Shown here: piece by piece, positions 1-8,822 of the stretch
Numbering within the stretch: position 1 is the stretch's first letter
Layout of the letters: each line of letters opens with the position of its first letter
Source: Clostridia bacterium
GTDB taxonomy: Bacteria > Bacillota > Clostridia > UMGS1883 > UMGS1540
Reading direction: 5' to 3'
Assembly: GCA_045533905.1 (NCBI GenBank)
Contig: JAZSIR010000016.1
Span: 1-64,000 of the forward strand
DNA length: 64,000 bases
Program-made: the position numbers and the translations under genes
Notes under the pieces: model-generated
Told to the model about the DNA's origin: nothing
Databases searched by the model: none
What the model saw: only the letters and a program-made list of their open reading frames with translations

Positions 1-163
1 ACATTTTTACAACAATGAAAGAATACAAATTAAAACAAAACTGACACCGCTTGAAAAACGATGTCAGTATGTTGCTTAAAATTTAATATTGTTTACCATA
101 GGGTGCTTTTTTGTGTTGTCTGCACAAATTGGTGCAGTTCACTTTATCGGTGCTTTTTTCATT

Positions 164-1042
164 TTATATATTTCTCGAGGCTTTCCGGTAGGCAAGCGGG
201 CCCATCCCCGTCAGCGTTTTGAAAACGCGGTTAAAATGCGTGGTCGAGCCAAAACCGACCGCTTCCGCCACATTCGTGATCTGCATATCCGTTTTATATA
301 AAAGCTTACGCGCTTCCTTCACCCGCACATTATTCAGATATTCGCTGAAGGAAATGCCGCACAGCTTTTTGAAGGTACGGGAAAAGTAGCAGGGGCTGAT
401 GTAAAATAAATCGGATATAGTGTTGAGCGAGAGATTTTCCGTATAGTGATTATTGATGTACCCCGTGATTTCCGCAATGGATTTATGGGTGGAGTTTGCA
501 TAGCTGTCAATGTCGCTGGCGGGGCGGCGGTTGTTTTTGTTGATGAAAAGAAGAAGCTGCATCAGCGAAAATTGCATATAGGGACTTTCACATATGTCGC
601 CTTTTTCCTTTTCAGCTACCATCGTTTCAAGAAGTGTTTCAACAAACTGTTTTTCTTTGGGGTTCAGAACAATGGTGTGAACAGCTTCATCGAAGCACAG
701 AAGCGGATTTTCTTCTTTGCAGACGGGAAGGAGGTCTTTTATAAATTCTTCCTTAAAATTGATAAGCAGTCTGTCATAGCCACATTCTGCGAAATTTGCG
801 GTACAGTGGATTTCGTAGGGCTTTATCAGCACAAGCGAGCCGCCTTCCACGTGGTAGGTTTTGTCTTTTATAAAATAGTATCGCTCGCCCGAATAGAGGT
901 AATATAGCTCATAGCAGTCGTGATAATGATACGTTTGTGACGGAATGGGCGAGGGGACAGAGGCACGCTCTATAAAAAAGGACGATTTATAGATGGCCTG
1001 AAAATTAAATTTTTCGCCGGTATTCGGGCTTGCTTTTTTCAT
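164..1042 (-). CDS. AraC family transcriptional regulator (cupin sensor + HTH)
   Basis: N-terminal cupin motif YHYHDCYELYY; C-terminal AraC HTH (ISPCYFSRTFKK...VGFGSTTHFNRVFK); divergent from catabolic operon. Confidence 0.93.
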   Translation of the reverse strand: MKKASPNTGEKFNFQAIYKSSFFIERASVPSPIPSQTYHYHDCYELYYLYSGERYYFIKDKTYHVEGGSLVLIKPYEIHCTANFAECGYDRLLINFKEEFIKDLLPVCKEENPLLCFDEAVHTIVLNPKEKQFVETLLETMVAEKEKGDICESPYMQFSLMQLLLFINKNNRRPASDIDSYANSTHKSIAEITGYINNHYTENLSLNTISDLFYISPCYFSRTFKKLCGISFSEYLNNVRVKEARKLLYKTDMQITNVAEAVGFGSTTHFNRVFKTLTGMGPLAYRKASRNI

Positions 1043-1223
1043 ATGGCATCCGCTCCTTATTTATAAGTATAATGCCTTCTTTGGAAAAAAACAAGTAAAA
1101 AATAAAAAACAATGCACCTAAAAAGACAAAATATGTAAAGAATGTGGCAAAAAGGACAATATAAGTGTTGAAAAATATATGAAAATTGTGCTAGTATAAA
1201 GAAAAATACGGAGGTGTTGTAAA

Positions 1224-2513
1224 ATGGCGAAAAAGAAAAGATATGTTCAGGTTGGTATTGGCGGCAGAGCCAGATTTTTCTACGAGGCGCTTGTAGGCAA
1301 GTATGCAGATACTTGTGAACTTACCGGTTTTTGCGATCTGAACCGTTCCCGTATGGAATATGCGCAGAAAGTGGTCAAAGAAAAGTACGGTTACGGCGAT
1401 ATCAAGATGTACGATGTGGAAGAATTTGAAAAGATGATTGAGGAACAAAAGCCCGATTATGTAATCGTAACTTCAATTGACAGAACACATCATAAATATA
1501 TTATAAAGGCTATGGAAATGGGCTGCGATGTTATTTCCGAAAAGCCGATGACGATGAGCGACGATAAGTGCCAGGCCATTTTGGATGCGGTAAAGCGGAC
1601 GGGCAGAAATCTCCGCGTATCGTTTAACTACCGCTACGCGCCGTATAATTCCAAGGTGCGCGAGCTGATTATGGCCGATACTATCGGCGATGTAAAACAG
1701 GTACATTTTGACTGGATGCTCAACACCGTGCACGGCGCCGACTATTTCAGACGCTGGCACCGCGACAAGCGTAACAGCGGCGGTCTTTTAGTACATAAAG
1801 CAACGCATCACTTTGACCTTGTAAACTTCTGGCTCGGTACAAAGCCGCGCGAGGTTTTTGCATACGGAGATCTGATGTTCTACGGCAGAGAAAATGCAGA
1901 AAACCGCGGCATTACCAAGTTCTATTACAGAACACACGGCTCCGAAAATGCCAAGGGCGATCCGTTCGCATTTGATATGCAGGGCAGCGAAAGCCTCGAA
2001 GGGCTTTACCTCAATGCAGAGAAGGAAGACGGCTACCTGCGTGACCAGAGCGTCTTCGGCGACGGCATCAGCATCGAGGATGTAATGAATGTGCTTGTCA
2101 AATATGAAAGCGGCGCACAGATGTCCTATTCGCTCAATGCATTTTCGCCGACAGAGGGCTTCCGTGTAGTCTTTACGGGCACAAAGGGCAGGCTGGAGCT
2201 CGTTGTTTCCGAAAGAGTTTATGTAAATGCGGCAGGCAGCAAGGATATTGAAGGCGCGGCTAAAAAGAGCCAGATTACTGTAACGCCTATGTTTGGCGAG
2301 CCGTATATTGTGGAAACGGAGAAAGCCGAGGGCGGCCACGGCGGCGGTGACCCCGTGCTTTTGGAAGATATCTTCGGCAATCCTCCGCACGATCCGCTCG
2401 GAAGAGCTGCTTCGCACGAGGATGGTGCCATGAGTATTCTTACAGGTGTTGCGGCCAATAAATCCATTGCAAGCGGTCTGCCTATAAAAATCAAGGATCT
2501 TGTAATATTCTGA
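1224..2513 (+). CDS. Gfo/Idh/MocA family oxidoreductase (YteT-like)
   Basis: Rossmann VGIGGR, ISEKPM, FNYRY, GGLLVHKATHHFDL, C-terminal GGHGGGD; RBS GGAGG upstream. Confidence 0.9.
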   Translation: MAKKKRYVQVGIGGRARFFYEALVGKYADTCELTGFCDLNRSRMEYAQKVVKEKYGYGDIKMYDVEEFEKMIEEQKPDYVIVTSIDRTHHKYIIKAMEMGCDVISEKPMTMSDDKCQAILDAVKRTGRNLRVSFNYRYAPYNSKVRELIMADTIGDVKQVHFDWMLNTVHGADYFRRWHRDKRNSGGLLVHKATHHFDLVNFWLGTKPREVFAYGDLMFYGRENAENRGITKFYYRTHGSENAKGDPFAFDMQGSESLEGLYLNAEKEDGYLRDQSVFGDGISIEDVMNVLVKYESGAQMSYSLNAFSPTEGFRVVFTGTKGRLELVVSERVYVNAAGSKDIEGAAKKSQITVTPMFGEPYIVETEKAEGGHGGGDPVLLEDIFGNPPHDPLGRAASHEDGAMSILTGVAANKSIASGLPIKIKDLVIF

Positions 2514-2526
2514 GGAGGAAGAAACC

Positions 2527-3285
2527 ATGACAATTGCGGCACTGAAAGAAAAACTGGAAAAAAGAGAAAAGCTGTATTCCACAATGCTGTGTCATATCGG
2601 CTACACGGGCCTTCCGGCACTTTATAAGGCAAACGGCCTTGACTTTCTGGTGATGGACCTCGAACACGGCTCCTTCTACCCTGAAAATATCGGCGACTTT
2701 ACGCAGATGTGCCATAAGGAAGAACTGCCCGTGATCGTGCGCGTGCAGGACTGCGAGTATCACTGTATCTCGAAGCCGATTGATATGGGAGCAGACGGTG
2801 TTCTGATTCCCCGCACAGAAAGTATGGAGCAGGTGGAAACTGCCATCTCGTCCATGCGCTTTTACCCCTACGGGAAGAAGGGCGTCGGCGGCAGAGCGCT
2901 GCTTCGCGCGGGCGAGGATATTTATGATATCAACAAAAACCGCCTCCTGTTTTTGCAGATAGAATCGGAAAAGGGCGTAAACCTTCTCGATGGGATTCTC
3001 ACAAAGTACGGCGACCAAGTTGCAGGCCTTATTATAGGGCCGTGCGATATGGCGGTTTCTATGGGCTGTGGCCTGGATGTAAATCACCCTAAAATGATTG
3101 AAAGCATCCGGAAAACCATCTCGATTTGCCAAAAGCACAAGAAATCCCTTGGTATCTTTATGGACGATGATACCGTTGCCGAAAGATGGCACAAAGAGGG
3201 AATGAATATTTACTGGGTGGGTACAGAACTCACAATGCTCGGCGCCGAGATTGCACGTAACCGCCGCAGAATCGACGAATTTTAA
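2527..3285 (+). CDS. HpcH/HpaI class II pyruvate aldolase family protein
   Basis: Motifs MDLEHG, VIVRV, QIES, IIGPCDMA; RBS GAGGAGG. Confidence 0.9.
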   Translation: MTIAALKEKLEKREKLYSTMLCHIGYTGLPALYKANGLDFLVMDLEHGSFYPENIGDFTQMCHKEELPVIVRVQDCEYHCISKPIDMGADGVLIPRTESMEQVETAISSMRFYPYGKKGVGGRALLRAGEDIYDINKNRLLFLQIESEKGVNLLDGILTKYGDQVAGLIIGPCDMAVSMGCGLDVNHPKMIESIRKTISICQKHKKSLGIFMDDDTVAERWHKEGMNIYWVGTELTMLGAEIARNRRRIDEF

Positions 3286-3304
3286 TCGAACGGGGGCATT
3301 TTAT

Positions 3305-4117
3305 ATGATACACGGATATGAAATGGAAATGAAGCCGTGGGAGGCATATATGGAACCCTTCCGGATTTTCGGCAATTTATATTTTGTAGGGAACCGGTAT
3401 GTGTCGTCGCACGTGATTGATACGGGAGAAGGCCTCATTCTGCTCGATTCGAACTTCCCCGAATGTACATTTCTTCTGACAGAGGGGATGCGGAAGCTCG
3501 GCCTTAATCCGTATGATATTAAGTATATTCTCCATTCCCATGGCCATTATGACCATATCGGCGGCACGAGAGCACTGACGGAGTATTTCGGCGCAAAAAC
3601 CATCATCGGTGCGCCCGATGTGCCAATGGTGAACGGCAGTGAGAATTTATCGTGGGCAGAAGAACTTGGTTTTAAGTTCTTTGAAGCGTTTGAGCCGGAT
3701 ATTCTTTTACACGACGGGGACATATTCGAATGCGGCAAAACGAAAATCCGTGCGGTGAGCACTCCCGGACACACCCCTGGAACAATGTCTTACTTTTTTA
3801 ATGTGGATGACGGCAAGACCACTTACATCGCAGGTATGCAGGGCGGCGCAGGCGTAAATTCGATGACAAACCGCTTCCTCAAGGCCTATAATCTCCCGAT
3901 TTCCTGCCGTGAGGACTTTGTAAATTCTATGGAAAAAATCAGGAATGAACATGTGGATATATTGATTGGCAATCACCCGGGAGATGTTGATACAAAGGGT
4001 AAGTATGAAAGAATGCAAAAAGGGGAGAAAAATCCCTTTATAGACAGCAGTGCGCTTGAAAGAAGACTTGCATATATTATGAATCAGTTTAACGAGATGG
4101 TTGCATCCGGAAAGTAA
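3305..4117 (+). CDS. MBL-fold metallo-hydrolase, subclass B3-like, no signal peptide
   Basis: PFRIFGNLYFVG, HSHGHYDHIGG (HxHxDH), TPGHTPG, GNHP; start moved to ATG 3305 (ORF-track start overlaps the previous gene). Confidence 0.88.
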   Translation: MIHGYEMEMKPWEAYMEPFRIFGNLYFVGNRYVSSHVIDTGEGLILLDSNFPECTFLLTEGMRKLGLNPYDIKYILHSHGHYDHIGGTRALTEYFGAKTIIGAPDVPMVNGSENLSWAEELGFKFFEAFEPDILLHDGDIFECGKTKIRAVSTPGHTPGTMSYFFNVDDGKTTYIAGMQGGAGVNSMTNRFLKAYNLPISCREDFVNSMEKIRNEHVDILIGNHPGDVDTKGKYERMQKGEKNPFIDSSALERRLAYIMNQFNEMVASGK

Positions 4118-4140
4118 TTAACGCTAAAAGGAGCATAAAA

Positions 4141-5172
4141 ATGGCAGTAGTTAAAATTAAAGAAATTAAAGAGCGCATATTAAACATATTTGAAAAAGCG
4201 GGCGTTCCTCATAGTGATGCAGTGCTTATCACAGATGTTCTGACCGATGCACAGATGAAGGGTATTGTAACACATGGCTATGTGCGTGTGAAAAAATACA
4301 TAGACTGCATAAAAAGTGGCGGAATAAAGAGTGAGGCAGAGATTAAAACAGTTGTTGATTTGCCGTCATGGGCACTTATTGACGGTGACGGCGGCTTAGG
4401 TATAGCAATATCGTGCAAAGCGGCTGAAATTGCCATTAAAAAGGCAAAGGAAACAGGCGTGGGTCTAGTTAATGTATTTAACAGCCATCACCTTGGCCCC
4501 GCAGGATATTATGCCGCTATGTGTGCTGATGAAGGTATGGTGGGTATGGCCATGAGTAACGGTGACGTATTGGTTGCCGCTACGGGAAGCTGTGAAAAGA
4601 CAATAGGTAATAACCCATTTGCATATGCAGTGCCGGCAGGAAAGTATGATAAAATTCTTTATGATATTGCTATGAGTATGGGCTCAGATATGAAAATCCT
4701 GCGTATGCTCGAAGAGGGAAAAGCAGTCCCCGAGGGTTGGATGATTGACTCCAAGGGACGTCCCTCAACAAACCCTGCGGATTATCCTGCGGGCGGAACA
4801 CTCCTTCCCTTTGGCGGATATAAGGGTTACGGTCTTGCTATGATGGTTGAAACCTTTGCAGGTGCACTTTCAGGCTCTGCATTGACAAAAAATATTCACG
4901 CATGGAATGCTGTCCCCGGTACATCAGGAAATGTAGGTCATTTCTTCATGGCACTTGATATTTCAAAAATTGCCGATGTCAGGGACTACGAAAAGAAGGT
5001 TGAGGGAATTATTGACGAGATAAAATCCTCAAATCTTGCAGAGGGTGCAGACGGCATTTACTACCCCGGAGAGAAGGAGCGTGTTACACAGCTCGCTTGC
5101 TTAGAAACAGGGGAGGTAGAGGTCGCGGATTCTACTATGCTTCTTTTAGAAGAGGCAGAAAAGTCCTTATAA
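4141..5172 (+). CDS. Ldh_2 family oxidoreductase (AllD/YiaK/ComC-like)
   Basis: GIVTHG, NSHHLGPAGYY, IGNNPFA, LLPFGGYKGYGLA, YYPGEKE. Confidence 0.9.
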   Translation: MAVVKIKEIKERILNIFEKAGVPHSDAVLITDVLTDAQMKGIVTHGYVRVKKYIDCIKSGGIKSEAEIKTVVDLPSWALIDGDGGLGIAISCKAAEIAIKKAKETGVGLVNVFNSHHLGPAGYYAAMCADEGMVGMAMSNGDVLVAATGSCEKTIGNNPFAYAVPAGKYDKILYDIAMSMGSDMKILRMLEEGKAVPEGWMIDSKGRPSTNPADYPAGGTLLPFGGYKGYGLAMMVETFAGALSGSALTKNIHAWNAVPGTSGNVGHFFMALDISKIADVRDYEKKVEGIIDEIKSSNLAEGADGIYYPGEKERVTQLACLETGEVEVADSTMLLLEEAEKSL

Positions 5173-5177
5173 AACAA

Positions 5178-5219
5178 AAAATGGGATGTAATGAAGTAGT
5201 CTTTTTTGCATCCCATTTT
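5178..5219 (+). terminator. Intergenic stem-loop (terminator or mRNA stabiliser)
   Basis: AAAATGGGATGTAA ... TTGCATCCCATTTT inverted repeat. Confidence 0.55.
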
Positions 5220-5242
5220 AAAAACACAACGTGGTGATTAAT

Positions 5243-6202
5243 ATGAAAAAGATTGTTGCACTCAGCAGTTTTCCGCACGAGCTTGGCTATGAAAAAGAAG
5301 TGTTCGGCAAGCTGGAAAACGTGGAATTTATTATTTCTCCCCTCAAAAATCCATCAGAAGTTATTAGGGTTGTGTGTGATGTAGATGTAATACTTTTTAC
5401 AGATGTGCCGATGGATAAGGAGTTTATAAATCAGCTTGAAAAATGCAGACTTATAATTCGCTACGGTATAGGCTATGATAATATTGATATAAAAAGTGCC
5501 GCTCAAAAAGGTATTATTGTGTGCAATGCCCCGAATTACGGCGTAATCGATGTGGCAGAGCACGCCGTAAGTCTCCTTCTTTCCTGCACGAAGCGCCTTA
5601 CCTATATGAGCGACTGCATAAGGGAGGGGAACTGGAGCACCGGCACAATGGGCTCCTCGCGAAGACTTTTTGGCAAAACGGTGGGCTTTGTCGGCTTCGG
5701 GAAAATCGCGAGATGTGTATGCGAGCGCACCAATGCTTTCGGAACAAAGGCGCTTGTGTATGATCCGTATGTAAATGCTGAAACGCTTTCGGCCTATCGC
5801 GCGGAAAGTGTGGATTTTGACACGCTTCTTAAAATGTCCGACTATGTGACCTTACATCTCCCGCTTTCGGAGAAGACGCGGCATATGTTCGGCGCAGAAG
5901 CATTTGCCAAAATGAAAACCACGGCCTGCTTTATCAATACGAGCCGTGGCGGACTTGTGAAGGAAGCGGACCTTGTGGATGCCCTTGAAAAAGGGGTAAT
6001 TGCAGGGGCGGGTCTTGATGTATTTGAGGATGAAAGCGGCGGGATCGATCGGCGCCTGCTTTCTATGCAAAATGTAGCGCTGACGCCGCATGTCGCCTGG
6101 AACACGTTCGAGGGAATGGAAGCACTGCACAAAGAGGTGACGGACAATGTCGTCCGTTTTCTCAGCGGCGAAACGCCGGAAAGCATTGTAAATGCTTTCT
6201 GA
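5243..6202 (+). CDS. D-isomer-specific 2-hydroxyacid dehydrogenase (CtBP/SerA-like)
   Basis: RYGIGYDNID, GFVGFGKIA, INTSRGGLV, AGLDVFEDE, LTPHVAW. Confidence 0.92.
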   Translation: MKKIVALSSFPHELGYEKEVFGKLENVEFIISPLKNPSEVIRVVCDVDVILFTDVPMDKEFINQLEKCRLIIRYGIGYDNIDIKSAAQKGIIVCNAPNYGVIDVAEHAVSLLLSCTKRLTYMSDCIREGNWSTGTMGSSRRLFGKTVGFVGFGKIARCVCERTNAFGTKALVYDPYVNAETLSAYRAESVDFDTLLKMSDYVTLHLPLSEKTRHMFGAEAFAKMKTTACFINTSRGGLVKEADLVDALEKGVIAGAGLDVFEDESGGIDRRLLSMQNVALTPHVAWNTFEGMEALHKEVTDNVVRFLSGETPESIVNAF

Positions 6203-6212
6203 TTATCCGAAT

Positions 6213-6246
6213 AAATAAAGGATGCACTAAAGTGCATCCTTTATTT
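6213..6246 (+). terminator. Rho-independent terminator
   Basis: AAATAAAGGATGCACT-AA-AGTGCATCCTTTATTT perfect inverted repeat right after the stop codon. Confidence 0.8.
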
Positions 6247-6301
6247 GTGGAAGAGCCGAATGGATTAGATTGCATATATTTTTAGTAAAATATCTCGCTT
6301 C

Positions 6302-6342
6302 AAAACAAAAACAAAGAGTGCACTTTGTGCACTCTTCGTTTT
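6302..6342 (-). terminator. Terminator downstream of tRNA-Trp
   Basis: AAGAGTGCAC-ttt-GTGCACTCTT hairpin followed by T-runs on the minus strand. Confidence 0.75.
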
Positions 6343-6418
6343 TGGCAGGGGCAGTAGGACTTGAACCCACGGCACTCGGTTTTGGAGACCGATGCTCTAC
6401 CAACTGAGCTATACCCCT
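6343..6418 (-). tRNA. tRNA-Trp (CCA)
   Basis: AGGGGTATAGCTCAGTTGGTAGAGCATCGGTCTCCAAAACCGAGTGCCGTGGGTTCAAGTCCTACTGCCCCTGCCA; full cloverleaf, encoded CCA end. Confidence 0.97.
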
Positions 6419-6460
6419 AAACAGCAAATATTAAGTTTTATTGAGTTACCATACGAATAT

Positions 6461-6509
6461 AGGGACACGGCTTTGGAGACCGTTGCTCTACCAGCTGAAC
6501 TATACCCCT
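6461..6509 (-). pseudogene. Truncated tRNA-Trp-like element (D arm and anticodon arm, no T arm, no CCA)
   Basis: AGGGGTATAGTTCAGCTGGTAGAGCAACGGTCTCCAAAGCCGTGTCCCT; 38/43 identical to the first 43 nt of the adjacent tRNA-Trp. Confidence 0.8.
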
Positions 6510-6543
6510 ATATGTAGACTAAAACGCCCGCTTACGCGGGCAA

Positions 6544-6619
<76 letters not shown>

Positions 6620-6630
6620 ATGACCCGTTT

Positions 6631-6659
6631 ATTATAGCATGCACCCGCATAAATGTCAA
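6631..6659 (-). promoter_or_regulatory. SigA promoter of tRNA-Ala
   Basis: TTGACA-17nt-TATAAT perfect consensus. Confidence 0.85.
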
Positions 6660-6727
6660 GAGAAAAATTTCTTTTTTTTCAAAACGCGTACAAATAAAAA
6701 TTCCAAAAACCGAAGTTCTTGGAATTT

Positions 6728-6803
<76 letters not shown>

Positions 6804-6820
6804 ATCTCGAATACCTACAT

Positions 6821-6849
6821 AGTATAGCACACGGCTTTCGGTTTGTCAA
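6821..6849 (-). promoter_or_regulatory. SigA promoter of tRNA-Thr
   Basis: TTGACA-17nt-TATACT. Confidence 0.8.
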
Positions 6850-7031
6850 GAACTTTTTTTGAAAATAGAACTTCAAAGAGGCGAGTGCACAACCAGGGCA
6901 AAAGGAAGCTGTAAAAGCGCAGAACAGGCCGCACATCCGGACAGTCTTTTTTGGAAACAATTGCATTTTGAAATTGGCTATATTAAAATAAAATTAGGGA
7001 ATGGAAGAACAATTTAGAGAAGAGGGTGTTT

Positions 7032-7310
7032 ATGGATTCAATTTTAGGCTTCTGGGATCAGATGACAGCAAATCCACTCTTGTTTATGGCCGTAACTTTA
7101 ACGCTCGGCGTTATCCTCGTTAATGGCTGGACGGATGCTCCGAATGCAATTGCCACCTGTGTGGTTACAAGATGTATGCCGCCGAAAGCGGCAATCCTGA
7201 TGGCGGCACTTTTCAATTTCCTCGGCGTTTTTGTAATGACACTTCTAAACGTCACCGTTGCCGAAACGATTACGAAAATGGTGGATTTCGGCGCGGATGC
7301 TGACCTGTGA
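7032..7310 (+). pseudogene. Inorganic phosphate transporter (PiT) N-terminal fragment
   Basis: PiT signature VNGWTDAPNAIAT and AALFNFLG, but stops after ~92 codons (PiT proteins are >300 aa). Confidence 0.8.
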
Positions 7311-7659
7311 GGATATTGTGCAGAAGATCTACATCAACAATATTCATTCGATTAATCCCGGGGCGATTGTGTTTGCGGAAAATATCGTAAAAGCTGCAGA
7401 GGTTTTAGGGGAGATTATGGGTGAATTTGAGAATTTCAAGAAATCAAAGAAGATTCAGCCGCTCATCGTAAAGCTTAACGACATCGAGGAGGAATGCGAT
7501 AAGATTTACCTCCATTCTGTACAAGATCTTATGAAAAATGCCACGGATATTCCGGAAACTATCGCATGGCGTGAAATATTCGATTGCCTGGAGTCCTGCA
7601 TCGATGCTTGTGAGCGTGTAAGTGAATGTATCGGCTCTGTCATTATGAAGAATACCTGA
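7298..7659 (+). pseudogene. DUF47/PhoU-like phosphate transport regulator, C-terminal fragment
   Basis: EDIVQKIYINNI...LNDIEEECDKIY...WREIFDCLESCIDACERVSECIGSVIMKNT resembles a DUF47 C-terminal half; N-terminus missing; start approximate. Confidence 0.75.
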
Positions 7660-7663
7660 TTTC

Positions 7664-7698
7664 AAAAAACCGCCTGCCTCGAGAAGCAGGCGGTTTTT
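7664..7698 (+). terminator. Rho-independent terminator
   Basis: AAAAACCGCCTGC...GCAGGCGGTTTTT. Confidence 0.8.
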
Positions 7699-7815
7699 CA
7701 TTTCCGCAGAGCATAATCGCAATATAATGATATTTTCCCGCAAGATTTTATATTGCTTTTTATAGTAAAAGAGTATAAGATTAGATACAAGAAAAGCAAA
7801 TGAGGAGGAATTTCC

Positions 7816-8724
7816 ATGCAGTATGAAAATAACGTTATGTTCACAGGCACGATGCCTGCGCTTGTGACACCCTTTGATAAAAATTGCAAGCTGAAGAGAA
7901 ACACCGTAAAGGAACTTATCGACTGGCAACTTTCGGAAGGCTCCACAGGCTTCTATATCTGCGGCTGGACGGGGGAAGGCCCAGCGCTTTCTGCATCCCT
8001 TCGTATGGAAATGGCAGAAGCTACCGTGGAAGCGGTTGCAGGCCGCGGCGCAGTTATCAACCATATTGGTGCTGCCAACGTGTATGAAGCCATTGCGCTT
8101 ACAGAACATGCGGATAAAATCGGCGTAGATGCGGTGGCCTCTTTGGTACCTACATATTTCTACCAGCTCACGCCCGATGAACTTTTCGATTACTATAAAA
8201 CAATTGCAGCCCATACGGATAAACCCGTTTTAGTATATGCACTTCCTTCCGTGAAGGGTTTTGATTTCCCGACCTTTATGGAAAGACTTATGGAAATCCC
8301 GAACGTAATCGGCCTTAAGTGCACCATCGGGGATGATTTTATTCAGCATAAGCTGAAGGAAATCAACGGCGGCAACATCAACGTTATCAACGGGCCGGAC
8401 GAAACACTTATCTGCGGTCTCACCATGGGTGCAGACGGCGGTATCGGCTCCACCTATAACGTAATGCCCGGCTGGTTCGCAAAGCTTTTTGATTCGTTTA
8501 AAGCAGGTGACCTTGCCACCGCACAGGAATATCAGTATAAGGCAAACCGCGTAATTGACGCGCTCCTTCGTTTCTCGAAGTTCGGCGCTATCCGCGGCAC
8601 AAAAGCAGCACTCGCACTCAAGGGTTTTGATGTGGGCGATGCCATTTTCCCGGCACGTCCGTATGATAAAGATGAGCTTTTGGCATATAAGAAGGAACTT
8701 TCCGGCCTTGGCATCGAATTTTAA
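7816..8724 (+). CDS. DapA/NanA family class I aldolase (N-acetylneuraminate lyase-like)
   Basis: PALVTPF, GxTGE (GWTGE), Schiff-base Lys in IGLKCT, GPDE, GADGGIGSTYN. Confidence 0.88.
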   Translation: MQYENNVMFTGTMPALVTPFDKNCKLKRNTVKELIDWQLSEGSTGFYICGWTGEGPALSASLRMEMAEATVEAVAGRGAVINHIGAANVYEAIALTEHADKIGVDAVASLVPTYFYQLTPDELFDYYKTIAAHTDKPVLVYALPSVKGFDFPTFMERLMEIPNVIGLKCTIGDDFIQHKLKEINGGNINVINGPDETLICGLTMGADGGIGSTYNVMPGWFAKLFDSFKAGDLATAQEYQYKANRVIDALLRFSKFGAIRGTKAALALKGFDVGDAIFPARPYDKDELLAYKKELSGLGIEF

Positions 8725-8822
8725 AAGAAATCTTCTCTGTGAATAAAAAATGGGCGGAAGAATATCTCTCGTTATCATAACGGGAGATGTTCTTTTACAC
8801 CCGGATTTTTGGAGGATATAGA

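Noticed and set aside
1085-1163. A-rich direct repeats (AAAAGACAA/AAAGGACAA) as AraC sites
   Set aside because: Plausible but too low in complexity to support by eye.
6227-6427. 66-aa ORFs here and at 6766-6966
   Set aside because: They overlap tRNA genes; the translations are tRNA sequence.
6343-6509. Stop-codon or Arg-codon reassignment suggested by a second tRNA-Trp-like sequence
   Set aside because: Both have CCA anticodons; TGA ends several genes normally and CGG encodes conserved Arg in rpoC (LKPERDG).
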